Source of the DNA: Terriglobia bacterium
GTDB lineage: Bacteria; Acidobacteriota; Terriglobia; 20CM-2-55-15
Assembly: GCA_965218085.1 (NCBI GenBank)
Contig: CBDCKF010000001.1
Span: 1,166,581 to 1,230,580, forward strand
DNA: 64,000 bases
Direction: 5' to 3'
The translations under genes were made by a program, and so were the position numbers. The notes under the pieces were generated by a model. The model had not been told where the DNA came from. It made no database searches and worked only from the letters and a program-made list of their open reading frames with translations. Positions 10,021 through 19,034 of the stretch are shown piece after piece. How positions within the stretch are numbered: position 1 is the first letter of the stretch; every line of letters begins with the position of its first letter.

Positions 10021-11112
10021 ATGATTGACTCCGCCATCGTCGGGAAGGTCGAGCGAGGGGAACGGCTCAGTTTTGAGGACGGTGTTTCTTTGTACGAGTC
10101 AGACGACGTTTTTGGAGTGGGTCGACTCGCCCATCAAGTCCGTCAACGGCTGAACGGGAACGCCGCCTATTACAACGTCAACCGCCACATCAACTACACA
10201 AATGTTTGTGTAATCGATTGCCAACTCTGCCAGGGTGCGTATGCGCGGAAGCCCGGCGAAGACGGTGGCTATACGATGACGTTGGAGAATGTTTTCGCGT
10301 TTGCGGCACAGAAATACAACGATTCGGTTACGGAGTTTCATATCGTAGGCGGCCTCAATCCCGAGCTGTCCTTTGACTACTATCTTGATTTGTTGAAGGG
10401 GCTCCGGGAGAGATTTCCTTCGGTGCATCTGAAAGCATTCACGATGGTGGAGCTTGATTTCTTCGCCAAGATCACCCGGAAGCCACTGGAATGGGTTATT
10501 GAGCAACTGGTGGTGGCGGGCTTGGGGAGCTGTCCTGGAGGCGGCGCCGAGATTTTCGCCGAGAGGGCCCGTCCGCTGATTGCGGGCCACAAGATATCGG
10601 GCGACCGGTGGTTGGAGTGTGCGCGAACCGCTCACAAAATGGGCGTCAACTCCAATGCCACGATGTTGTACGGGCACGTCGAAACAATCCCCGAAAGGGT
10701 GGATCATTTTATAAGGTTGCGCGAACTCCAGGACGAGACACAGGGTTTCAACTGCTTCATCCCTCTTGCCTTCCACCCGGAAAACACGGCCTACGCCGAG
10801 TTGGGGCCAACGACGGGGACCGACGACCTCAAGACAATTGCCGTAGCACGCTTGATGCTCGACAATTTTCCCCACATCAAAGCGTACTGGGTGACGATCA
10901 CGCCTGAACTCGCTCAGATTGCCCTGCGATTTGGGGCCGATGATCTGGACGGCACGATTATAGAAGAGCGAATCATCCACGGTGCCGGAAGTGAGACCAG
11001 CCTCGGGTTGACGCGGCAACGGATCGAACTGTTAATCCGGGATGCCGGATGCGTCCCCATCCAGCGCGACACTCTCTATAATCCCGTCAACGCGAAAGTC
11101 GCCTCATCCTAG
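10021..11112 (+). CDS. mqnE: Aminofutalosine synthase MqnE (radical SAM)
   Basis: HINYTNVCVIDCQLC, HIVGG, PGGGAEIF, NATMLYGH, FIPLAFHPEN and NFPHIKAYW motifs. Confidence 0.88.
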   Translation: MIDSAIVGKVERGERLSFEDGVSLYESDDVFGVGRLAHQVRQRLNGNAAYYNVNRHINYTNVCVIDCQLCQGAYARKPGEDGGYTMTLENVFAFAAQKYNDSVTEFHIVGGLNPELSFDYYLDLLKGLRERFPSVHLKAFTMVELDFFAKITRKPLEWVIEQLVVAGLGSCPGGGAEIFAERARPLIAGHKISGDRWLECARTAHKMGVNSNATMLYGHVETIPERVDHFIRLRELQDETQGFNCFIPLAFHPENTAYAELGPTTGTDDLKTIAVARLMLDNFPHIKAYWVTITPELAQIALRFGADDLDGTIIEERIIHGAGSETSLGLTRQRIELLIRDAGCVPIQRDTLYNPVNAKVASS

Positions 11113-11132
11113 AAGTCTTAATATCCGGATTC

Positions 11133-11208
11133 AACGCAGAGACGCGGAGACGCAGAGGTTTTATTTCTATCTATATTGCGTCCTCAGCGACCTTTGCGTC
11201 TCTGCGTT
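11133..11208. repeat. Octamer-based imperfect palindrome (ACGCAGAG-type), copy 2
   Basis: acgcagag-acgcggag-acgcagag, AT-rich loop, then ctcagcga-c-ctttgcgt-ctctgcgt; lies between convergent genes. Confidence 0.75.
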
Positions 11209-11220
11209 TAATGTTTATTG

Positions 11221-11643
11221 CTAGGATCGGAACGTGACTTCGGCGAGCATGAACGCCATTCCTTCCGGCACGATGTTCAGTGCAACAAAATCCGTCTTTA
11301 GCAGCTTTCGAATGTCGTCCACTACGTCTTGATCGATGTGATCGATCCGGAACGTCGCCCGGTGCACATCCGCTTCCGATAGCAGTTCGCAATCCAGTGC
11401 TTCCAGGCGCTTGATGATCCAGTGCAGTCGACCCGCGAAGGTGTTGGTATCTACGGTGCCGTCGATCTTGATGATCGTCTCCTCGGGCAGCCAACAGAAT
11501 TTGTCCCCGCCATAGAGAATTCGGTAGTTGCTCCGTTTGACTTCAAGCACCAGCCCGGCATCCTTCCCGATGCCGAGCTGGGATCGATGATAGGCAGATC
11601 CGCAGTAAATGAACTCGCCGACTTCGATGCGCTTGGCTTTCAA
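11221..11643 (-). CDS. Hypothetical protein (~140 aa)
   Basis: Protein-like composition. The ORF-track extension to 11703 lies inside MITE-A, so the TTG at 11643 is the likelier start. Confidence 0.6.
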   Translation of the reverse strand: MKAKRIEVGEFIYCGSAYHRSQLGIGKDAGLVLEVKRSNYRILYGGDKFCWLPEETIIKIDGTVDTNTFAGRLHWIIKRLEALDCELLSEADVHRATFRIDHIDQDVVDDIRKLLKTDFVALNIVPEGMAFMLAEVTFRS

Positions 11644-11644
11644 G

Positions 11645-11924
11645 TAGTGCCCTGAGTTAGAACTTCGGTGCTTAACAGTTGCGTCCGGGTCCGATCCGAT
11701 CATCTTCTTACTCTATACGCACGGGCTCGCCTCTTTATTCTGAATGCCGTTCACCCGCACCGTCGGATCGGTTCCGATCGTTCTAGGGTCCGCTTCAACA
11801 TTCCGTCGATCCCGATAGGCCTTGCCATCAGGATGATGGCGAGGGTCGCCGGTCGTTTAGACAGGATGTCTGAATGAACGACCGAGCGAAATCTTATACT
11901 GCGAATTTCTAACTCAGGGCACTA
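11645..11924. mobile_element. MITE family A, copy 1 (TA-flanked, IS630-like ends)
   Basis: Perfect TIR tagtgccctgagttagaa / ttctaactcagggcacta; core shared with four other copies. Confidence 0.85.
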
Positions 11925-12197
11925 GTGACCTGTACCACCCGAATCGGGAGCAGCGCCGATGGGTCTTGCCGGGGAGATCGAGGCGCGAGACGGAGGTCGA
12001 TGTCTTCACATCGACGACGGCTCGCAACAAAGTTATCGCCGGCAACCCCCATCGGCCCAAAGGGTTCGGGCGAAACGGCATTGTCTTCGTTGTCGTCGCC
12101 GCCTCGCAATGTAGGGCCATTTACTCGTTGCCGACTCCTGGAATCCAACGCCGTTTGGCCCGAACGCTGCTCCCGATTCGGGTGGTACAGGCCACTA
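11923..12197. mobile_element. MITE family B, copy 1
   Basis: ~33-bp TIR tagtg(a/g)cctgtaccacccgaatcgggagcagcg; shares the TA at 11923-24 with MITE-A; homologous to 29178-29452. Confidence 0.88.
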
Positions 12198-12209
12198 GGC
12201 ACGCTGTTT

Positions 12210-13373
12210 TCAGCCCGTCGCGCAGACAAAATCAGCGATGGAGTCCAGATCGATTCGCGGATTCTCGCCACACGTTGTGCATTTCGGGTCCTTGCGGACC
12301 TTCACCTGGCGGAACGTCGCTTCCAAAGCGTCGTAGACCAGGAGCCGGCCTGAGAGGGTTTCCCCGATTCCGAGCAGGAGCTTGATGGTTTCCGTTGCCT
12401 GAAGAACGCCGATTGTTCCAGGAAGGACACCCAGGACCCCGGCTTCCGCACAGCTGGGAGCCAGTTCGGGTGGCGCCGCCGCTGGATACAGGCACCTGAA
12501 GCACGGCCCTTCGTGGGGGACGAATGTCGAAACCTGTCCATCGAATCGGAAGATGCTGCCATAGGCGACAGGCTTGTTGAGCGTGACAGCTGCGTCGTTG
12601 ACCAGATACGCCGTAGAGAAGTTGTCCGATCCGCTGACGATGACGTCGTATTCCTTAAAGATATCGAGTACATTGGAGGCGTCGAGCCTCAGATTGTATG
12701 TGTGGACCTTTACATCGGGATTCACCTCGAACAGAGTCCGGCGTGCCGAGTCGGTTTTCGGCACCCCAATTGATGAGGTCCAATGCAGAATCTGCCGTTG
12801 CAGATTCGATTCGTCCACAACGTCGTCGTCAATGATGCCGATTGTCCCTACTCCGGACGCTGCGAGGTAGATCCCGGCTGGAGATCCCAGTCCTCCCGCT
12901 CCAACCAGCAGGACCTTGCTACCGAGAAGCTTCAGTTGTCCCTTTTCTCCAACTTCCGGAATCAGCACATGTCGGCTGTAGCGAGCCATCTGGTCCTTGC
13001 CCACGGTTTCGGGAATGATCAGCTTAAAGCCGTTGTCTTTCCAGTCCCGAATGCCGCCCGCCATCGATCGAACGTTCGCATAGCCGAGCTGATTAAGGCT
13101 CTTTGCCGCGAATGCGGACCGGACTCCCCCGGCGCAGTAAACGACGATGGGCTGATTCTTATCGGAAAGCATCTTCTCGACTTTGACTTCCAGAAAGCCG
13201 CGCGGAAGGAATTCGGCACCTTCGATGTGGCCCTGATCCCACTCGTCTTTTTCGCGGACGTCCAACAGGGCAAAATCCCTGTTGCTGTCGAGTTTAGCGT
13301 TTATTTCCTGAGGACTTACCTCCTCAATTTCCTGCTTCACACCGGTGAGTAATTCGTTGAAATTGGGACTCAT
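12210..13373 (-). CDS. moeB: Rhodanese-MoeB/ThiF fusion adenylyltransferase
   Basis: N-terminal rhodanese (YCAGGVRS), then RYSRH, GAGGLGS, SNLQRQ and two CxxC pairs. Confidence 0.9.
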   Translation of the reverse strand: MSPNFNELLTGVKQEIEEVSPQEINAKLDSNRDFALLDVREKDEWDQGHIEGAEFLPRGFLEVKVEKMLSDKNQPIVVYCAGGVRSAFAAKSLNQLGYANVRSMAGGIRDWKDNGFKLIIPETVGKDQMARYSRHVLIPEVGEKGQLKLLGSKVLLVGAGGLGSPAGIYLAASGVGTIGIIDDDVVDESNLQRQILHWTSSIGVPKTDSARRTLFEVNPDVKVHTYNLRLDASNVLDIFKEYDVIVSGSDNFSTAYLVNDAAVTLNKPVAYGSIFRFDGQVSTFVPHEGPCFRCLYPAAAPPELAPSCAEAGVLGVLPGTIGVLQATETIKLLLGIGETLSGRLLVYDALEATFRQVKVRKDPKCTTCGENPRIDLDSIADFVCATG

Positions 13374-13401
13374 AGTACTCCTCGACCGGTCAAATTCTTC
13401 T

Positions 13402-13427
13402 TAATCCGATCTAAATTGATCAACTTT
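13402..13427 (-). promoter_or_regulatory. Putative Rrf2-family (IscR/CymR-like) operator upstream of moeB
   Basis: Minus strand AAAGTTGATCAATTTAGATCGGATTA resembles IscR type-1 boxes; it lies between a TTGCGA-N18-TACTTT promoter candidate and the RBS. Confidence 0.5.
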
Positions 13428-13509
13428 GTCATGTATCCGTCTAATTAAAGTACAACAATGCTCCGGCATTTCGCAAGACTTCTACCCGAGACTGCGGTGC
13501 CGGCTGTGT

Positions 13510-14202
13510 TCAAGCGACCTTGCCGTCCTGCTCCCAAGCCTCCCCTCGCATCCTGAGTTCGTCTAACACGTTCTGCATCCGGTCGTGCCAGTCCCGTACT
13601 GAAGACTCGTCGGCGTCAGGGGGTATCCAAATCGCGGGTGCTGCAAAGAGCATGGCCCGTGTGAACGGCATTGGGATCTGGAAGTGGTCCCAGCTGCTGA
13701 GTTGAATCTTACGCTTCAACGCAATGTGAAAGCAGAAAATTCCAGCTCCCGTTTTCCGGGCCAGTATGACGGGGCCAGCCTTGGCGACATAGCGTGGACC
13801 GCGCGGGCCGTCTATCGTGAAGGCGACATCGTGATTATTGCGGATTTCGCGAACCATCTGGGCCAGAGCCCGGCCCCCGGCCCGTGAGCTGGAGCCCCGG
13901 GCCGCCCCGTATCCATGACGCTGGATGCAGGCCGCGATTATTTCACCATCGAAGTTCAGGCTCGTCATGACGACAATGCCCCTGTTTCTCCACTGCCACG
14001 TGGCAGGGAATATGCGCCCATGCCAGAAAGTGAATATGGCGCGCTGTCCCGCTTTGTGGATTTCCTCGAGGTGTTCGAAGCCTGTCGCCTGCCACTGCAG
14101 ACTGGGACCGATTAACGCGATCGCCCAGTAGCCGATCCATGAAACGAGGCTGATCTTGATGTGCTCGATTCTCGAGAAGCGGCGTGGCTGGCCGACCTCC
14201 AT
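13510..14202 (-). CDS. Lysophospholipid acyltransferase family protein (DUF374)
   Basis: FWHGR, DGE.IA, RGSSSRAG and IDGPRGP motifs. Confidence 0.88.
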   Translation of the reverse strand: MEVGQPRRFSRIEHIKISLVSWIGYWAIALIGPSLQWQATGFEHLEEIHKAGQRAIFTFWHGRIFPATWQWRNRGIVVMTSLNFDGEIIAACIQRHGYGAARGSSSRAGGRALAQMVREIRNNHDVAFTIDGPRGPRYVAKAGPVILARKTGAGIFCFHIALKRKIQLSSWDHFQIPMPFTRAMLFAAPAIWIPPDADESSVRDWHDRMQNVLDELRMRGEAWEQDGKVA

Positions 14203-14343
14203 TCAAACGTAGTCTTTGGGGTTTCGGGTGAACTTGTCGTAACAGGCGGACGAGCAAAAGTAATATTCCTTGCCTTTGTATTCGGATTTGAATTCCGCCA
14301 TGTCGGGGTCGGTTGGCATTTGGCAGACCGGATCAGTTTCCAT
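14203..14343 (-). CDS. YHS domain protein (46 aa)
   Basis: DPVCQM...YKGKEYYFCSSAC...F..NP..Y; GAAGGAG RBS. Confidence 0.88.
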   Translation of the reverse strand: METDPVCQMPTDPDMAEFKSEYKGKEYYFCSSACYDKFTRNPKDYV

Positions 14344-14559
14344 CGCAGCTCCTTCGGTGAAATAGGGGTAAGTCTCTGGAATTTCCCCCAAGGATAAATC
14401 AAAACGAGTGTGCTGCAAACTCGGGCCGTGGATTTGCCGCTCAATGGGCCGAATCGCCGGCACGGCATCGGGGGTTTCAAAAGAGTGCGAGATAGACTTG
14501 ACCGAAGTCGAGACTATGTATTCAGACGCCTCGAAGCCTTTGAGAAGACTAGGATTTCG

Positions 14560-14832
14560 TTAACTGGTAGCCGCTACCGGGATTACAACCAATCCCATGG
14601 GATCCCGAACGACGCCTTCTACACCCAGGGATTCAAAAATCATTGCAGTCTGCCTGACGCGCTCTGCTGGAACGGTCAGAATCTTGATCGGGCACCTGGA
14701 TTCTTTCATCTGCATTACGGCTGCTGATAGCTCCCATAGGTTGTTTCCGACAACCGCGAGTTCTTCAACTACGGTTTCGGGTCCTTCCGGCCCACACGGC
14801 AACGCCGTCCAGTAGGGTTCTATTTTATTCAT
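14560..14832 (-). CDS. Hypothetical protein (90 aa)
   Basis: Fills an otherwise empty gap; GGAG upstream; no recognisable motif. Confidence 0.45.
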   Translation of the reverse strand: MNKIEPYWTALPCGPEGPETVVEELAVVGNNLWELSAAVMQMKESRCPIKILTVPAERVRQTAMIFESLGVEGVVRDPMGLVVIPVAATS

Positions 14833-15046
14833 CACGTGCAGTCGCTCCGAAATTTTGCGGTGCTTGCTCTTGCTGTTATCCGTATCGACTCTTTTTCCGC
14901 TCTGGGTTACCGAAAAATCGAGATTAAGAAACAAAAGGGGAGACCCACGACCGAATGCTCAAGCCTCAGGTTCCGATATCCAAAGGGTTCGGCGTGAGTT
15001 CGGGGAATCAGTCATCTGTCCCCATTTATTGCATACAATAGTCCAT

Positions 15047-15742
15047 ATGAAGATGTTGCTTTTTGACGTGGATTTAACGCTCGTGAACACCGGCGGTGCG
15101 GGTATTCGGGCCTTGAATCAGGCCAGCAAAGACGTTCTGGGAGTCCCCGAAGCGATGGCCGGGATCACGCCACATGGTAAGACCGATCCGGCTATCGTCC
15201 GCGAAATATTCGCTCAGAATGATCAGAGCGATGACCATAATTTACAATATGTTACATTTGAAATACTTAATAAATACTTAAAATACTTGCAACAGGAAGT
15301 TCGGGACTCAGACCGCTATCGTGTCCTTCCCGGAATTCTTCCCTTGCTCGATCAAATCAGCAAACGTGATGACATCCGTCTGGGACTGGCGACCGGGAAT
15401 CTGGAACGGGGTGCCCGGATCAAACTCGAGCGTGGCGGCCTCAATTCGTACTTCGGGTTCGGCGGTTTTGGTTCCGACGCCGAGGACCGCCGAGAGGTCG
15501 TCCTCGAGGCGGCCCGGCAGGGAAATCTCGGCGGCGGTGTCGATGTGAGTGGGGCTGACACCTACGTCATCGGCGATACGCCGAAGGACATCGAAGCCGG
15601 CAAGCAGGCAGGGTTTCAGACTGTAGGGGTTGCAACCGGCAGTTACTCGGTGGACGCGCTTCAGGCGACAGGGGCCGACTTGGTGATCGAAGACTTTATT
15701 GTTGGCCGCGATCAGTTCCTCGGTTCAACCTGCACTCTGTAG
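15047..15742 (+). CDS. HAD-family hydrolase (phosphoglycolate phosphatase-like)
   Basis: LFDVDLTL, GKTD, LATGN and IGDTPKD motifs. Confidence 0.88.
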   Translation: MKMLLFDVDLTLVNTGGAGIRALNQASKDVLGVPEAMAGITPHGKTDPAIVREIFAQNDQSDDHNLQYVTFEILNKYLKYLQQEVRDSDRYRVLPGILPLLDQISKRDDIRLGLATGNLERGARIKLERGGLNSYFGFGGFGSDAEDRREVVLEAARQGNLGGGVDVSGADTYVIGDTPKDIEAGKQAGFQTVGVATGSYSVDALQATGADLVIEDFIVGRDQFLGSTCTL

Positions 15743-16806
15743 ACATCGATGCGTTCGAGCGGACTCTCGTTTTCCGTTTCGACGGCTGCGATACGTTCAA
15801 CGACGTCCATACCCGCTGTGACTCTTCCAAACACGGTATAGAAGTTGTCCAGAGCGGGTTGATCGTCCAGAACGATGAAGAACGAGGTCAGGGCACTGTC
15901 CGTTTCCTCGCCACGCGCCATTGAGACGATTCCTGCGATGTGTTTAACCTCACTTATCTCTGCGGCAATGGGTACCACGAACTGTTCGGCGTTCTGAGGG
16001 TAGGGTTCCGCCCGCGTATTCAGGTCGCCCGTCTGGATCACGAAGCCGGGAGCGACGCGGTGGAACGCCGTCATATCATAGACGCCCAGAAACGCGAGAC
16101 GCAGGAAATGTCTGACGTGGTCGGGCGCTTCTTCCGGCAAGAACTCCAGCGTGATATTTCCGAACCTAGTTTCTAGCACCGCCTGATACTCGCCCAGTTC
16201 TTCGATGGTTTCCTGGCTGAAGGGGGGCACCGGGGGTGGCGGAATGGGACGGATCCGGATGTCGAGGATCTCGACGCGTTCAAGCGCGATCTGGCTCTCG
16301 TCGGTTGGGGTCATGGAAATTTCGTTGAGGGTTTCCAGACCTTCGACGACGTGAGCGAATGCAGTGAACTGCCGGGTGAACTGCGGCTGATCGCCGATGC
16401 AAATAAAGAACTGCGAGCCGGCGCTGGAAGGCTCACCGGGCAGGATCGTTGCCACTACGGTACCCGAGACGAATTCGATGTCGCTGATCTCGGGTTCCAG
16501 ACCCATGTTGAAGCCTCCGGAGCCGTACTCCGTCGTGCGGTTTGTATCTTTGGTGTACGGATCTCCGGCCTGGACAATGCCCGTCGGCACCATGCTGTGG
16601 AACGTCGTACCGTTATAGAAGTCTTCTTCTACCAGACGTATAAATTGATCCACGTGGACCGGTGCAGCCTCAGGGTAAAACTCGATGACGACGTCGCCGA
16701 CAGGGGTTTCGATGACAGCCTGAAGTTCGAGTGGGTCTGAGGGGGTCAGCCGGGTCGGGTCCGGTGGATTCTGCACGAAGAGCAGAAGTAAGAGAAGGTA
16801 GCGCAT
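15712..16806 (-). CDS. Secreted peptidylprolyl isomerase with two cyclophilin domains
   Basis: Two cyclophilin repeats (FH...F.IQ.GD; SQFFI/TSFFI; YTVFGRV) and a short signal peptide. Confidence 0.9.
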   Translation of the reverse strand: MRYLLLLLLFVQNPPDPTRLTPSDPLELQAVIETPVGDVVIEFYPEAAPVHVDQFIRLVEEDFYNGTTFHSMVPTGIVQAGDPYTKDTNRTTEYGSGGFNMGLEPEISDIEFVSGTVVATILPGEPSSAGSQFFICIGDQPQFTRQFTAFAHVVEGLETLNEISMTPTDESQIALERVEILDIRIRPIPPPPVPPFSQETIEELGEYQAVLETRFGNITLEFLPEEAPDHVRHFLRLAFLGVYDMTAFHRVAPGFVIQTGDLNTRAEPYPQNAEQFVVPIAAEISEVKHIAGIVSMARGEETDSALTSFFIVLDDQPALDNFYTVFGRVTAGMDVVERIAAVETENESPLERIDVYRVQVEPRN

Positions 16807-16817
16807 TGTGGCTCTAA

Positions 16818-16978
16818 CAGGTTCCTGAAAAAGCCCTCAATGGCTTTTTCAGCAACGCCACCCGGGAAGTGTGATTCTCGGGTGGCTCACATTTTCAATG
16901 GCTTACAGCCATCGAAAATGGCGGCACATCCTGAGCCGCGCCGCAGTCTGCCGAAAAACCGAGTTTTTCAGCAGCCTG
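16818..16978. mobile_element. MITE family C (CAGGCTGCTGAAAAA-type ends)
   Basis: TIR caggttcctgaaaaa / tttttcagcagcctg, CTAA direct repeat on both sides, three internal hairpins. Confidence 0.8.
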
Positions 16979-17010
16979 CTAATTTCCCGGCTATAGAGCA
17001 CCGGATGTTA

Positions 17011-18174
17011 TCACGACAGGTCCGACCCTCTCCGCAGAGAACTGTCCCCGTATCGATCGTGAATTTCGTCCAGGGCCTCCGCCAATCGCTCGCTTTGTCC
17101 GGTGGTTTCGAAGAGCGAGAGTTGTTCCTCGTCCTTGCTTGCCCGAAGCAGGTTGCTGGTCCCCACACCGATTAATCGGACGCTTTCCTCCAAAGGGACC
17201 TTTTCGAACAGGGTCCGGATCAGTGCGAAGATCTCATTTCCGGTATCGAGCGGTTCGGGCACCGATGTCTGTCGCGTGAAGGTGGTAAAGCTCTGGTATC
17301 TCAGTTTGAGGGTTATCGTCCGTGTTTTGAACCCCTGGCGCCGCAACCTGCCAGCAACCTTATCTGAGAGCCGCCGAAGTGTTTTCAGAAGCAGATCGTT
17401 GTCGGACGTATCCCGTTCGAATGTCGTCTCGTTGCTGATAGATTTCGGGTCCCACCGTGAAACGACCGGACGTTCGTCCTGACCATGAGCCAGGAGCCAG
17501 AGATGATCGCCGGACGCGCCCAGCGCTTCGACCACTTTCTTGCGGGGAACGGCGGCGAGTTCTCCGATTGTATGAATGCCGAGCTTCTGGAGGCGCGTGG
17601 CTGTTTTAGGCCCGACGCCCCACAACCTTGAGACTGGAAGAGTGGCAAGAAAACCCTCGACCTCGTCTTCCCGGACGACAACGATTCCATCGGGCTTGTC
17701 CAGATCGGATGCGATTTTGGCCAGAAACTTATTAGGTGCTATCCCGACAGAAGCCGTCAGACCTGTTTCTTTCTTAATGGCGGACTTGATGTCCCGGGCG
17801 ATCCCTTCGGCGGCTCCCATCAGCGCTGTCGAACCGCTTACGTCGAGAAATGCTTCGTCGATACTGATGGGTTCGACCATGTCCGTATATTGGCGCAATA
17901 TACCCATGATGGCCTCGGACATTTCCTTGTAGCGTTCCATCCGCGGGCGTAGATAAACGCCGTTCGAGCAGCGTCTCCAGGCGTGGCTGATTGGAAGAGC
18001 GGAGTGAATACCGAGTTTGCGTGCTTCGTAGGAACAGGCCGCTACCACTCCGCGCCCGGTTCCGGCTTTAGGGTCGGCGCCCACGATGACCGGTCGGCCT
18101 TCGAGTTCGGGCTGATCGAGTTGTTCGACAGACGCATAGAAAGCGTCCATATCCACGTGCAAGATTTGACGCAT
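17011..18174 (-). CDS. dinB: DNA polymerase IV
   Basis: HVDMDAFYASVE, SYEAR, SIDEAFLD and AKIASDLDKPDG motifs. Confidence 0.96.
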   Translation of the reverse strand: MRQILHVDMDAFYASVEQLDQPELEGRPVIVGADPKAGTGRGVVAACSYEARKLGIHSALPISHAWRRCSNGVYLRPRMERYKEMSEAIMGILRQYTDMVEPISIDEAFLDVSGSTALMGAAEGIARDIKSAIKKETGLTASVGIAPNKFLAKIASDLDKPDGIVVVREDEVEGFLATLPVSRLWGVGPKTATRLQKLGIHTIGELAAVPRKKVVEALGASGDHLWLLAHGQDERPVVSRWDPKSISNETTFERDTSDNDLLLKTLRRLSDKVAGRLRRQGFKTRTITLKLRYQSFTTFTRQTSVPEPLDTGNEIFALIRTLFEKVPLEESVRLIGVGTSNLLRASKDEEQLSLFETTGQSERLAEALDEIHDRYGDSSLRRGSDLS

Positions 18175-18189
18175 TGAGCTCGGGAAGAA

Positions 18190-18639
18190 TCAGATGTGGT
18201 ACATCAGCAGGCGTTCGCGGCTTCGGTGCTGCCTTACGAGGTCGGCGAAGGTGACTCTGTTGAGGACGGAACCGATTGCGCGGTCGACCTCGGCCCAGAC
18301 AGGTTTGAACTGGCATGTGCTCTCCCTGTCACAGTCATCTTCAAATCTGCCGGACTCCAGACACGAGAGCTGAACAAAAGGACCGCTGATGCTCTGTATG
18401 ACGTCGCCAATCGTGATCTCTTCGGGAGGACGCGCCAACACGTAACCGCCGTCGGTACCCCTCTTGCTACGAACGATATCGACGCGCTTCAGCACCTGCA
18501 TAATCTGGAAGAGAAATTTTGCAGGTATGTTCTGCCTCTCGGCTATGTCCTGGACACGGATGGGTGAATCTGGATCGTAGTTGAGCGACAATTCGAGCAC
18601 GGCGGAACAGGCATATTCGTCCTTCGCGGAGATCTTCAT
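18190..18639 (-). CDS. Rrf2-family transcriptional regulator with three Cys
   Basis: SKRGTDGGYVLARPPEEIT motif; C-x9-C-x5-C potential Fe-S ligands. Confidence 0.92.
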   Translation of the reverse strand: MKISAKDEYACSAVLELSLNYDPDSPIRVQDIAERQNIPAKFLFQIMQVLKRVDIVRSKRGTDGGYVLARPPEEITIGDVIQSISGPFVQLSCLESGRFEDDCDRESTCQFKPVWAEVDRAIGSVLNRVTFADLVRQHRSRERLLMYHI

Positions 18640-18739
18640 GCCGCCCCACTATAGCACGTGAGAATCCCCGTAGATGCCGATTCAGAGCTTTGAAATCGCT
18701 GCAAATGCGGACAGGCGAAAGGAAGAAATGAGGGGCTGC

Positions 18740-19034
18740 AAGTGTCCTGAGTCACAAGTGCGCTCCTTTATTAGCTTGTCTCAGTCCGACCCGATTATTT
18801 TATTGCTCTGGACGCCTCGGCTACCGCCTCGTTGTCCACCCGCACCGCAGGACCGGTGCGGGTCCTTATGGGAAACACTTCAACATTCCTCCGATTCCTA
18901 TAGAGGCCTCGCCATCAGGATGATGGTGAGGGTCGCCGGTCGTTCGGCCCAACGCGCTTGACGCGACAGAGATGGTAAGCCGTTTGAACGACCGAGCGTA
19001 TCTTATTGTCGTGAACGTCTGACTAAGGACACTA
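18740..19034. mobile_element. MITE family A, copy 2
   Basis: TIR agtgtcctgagtca / tgactaaggacact; family A core. Confidence 0.8.
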
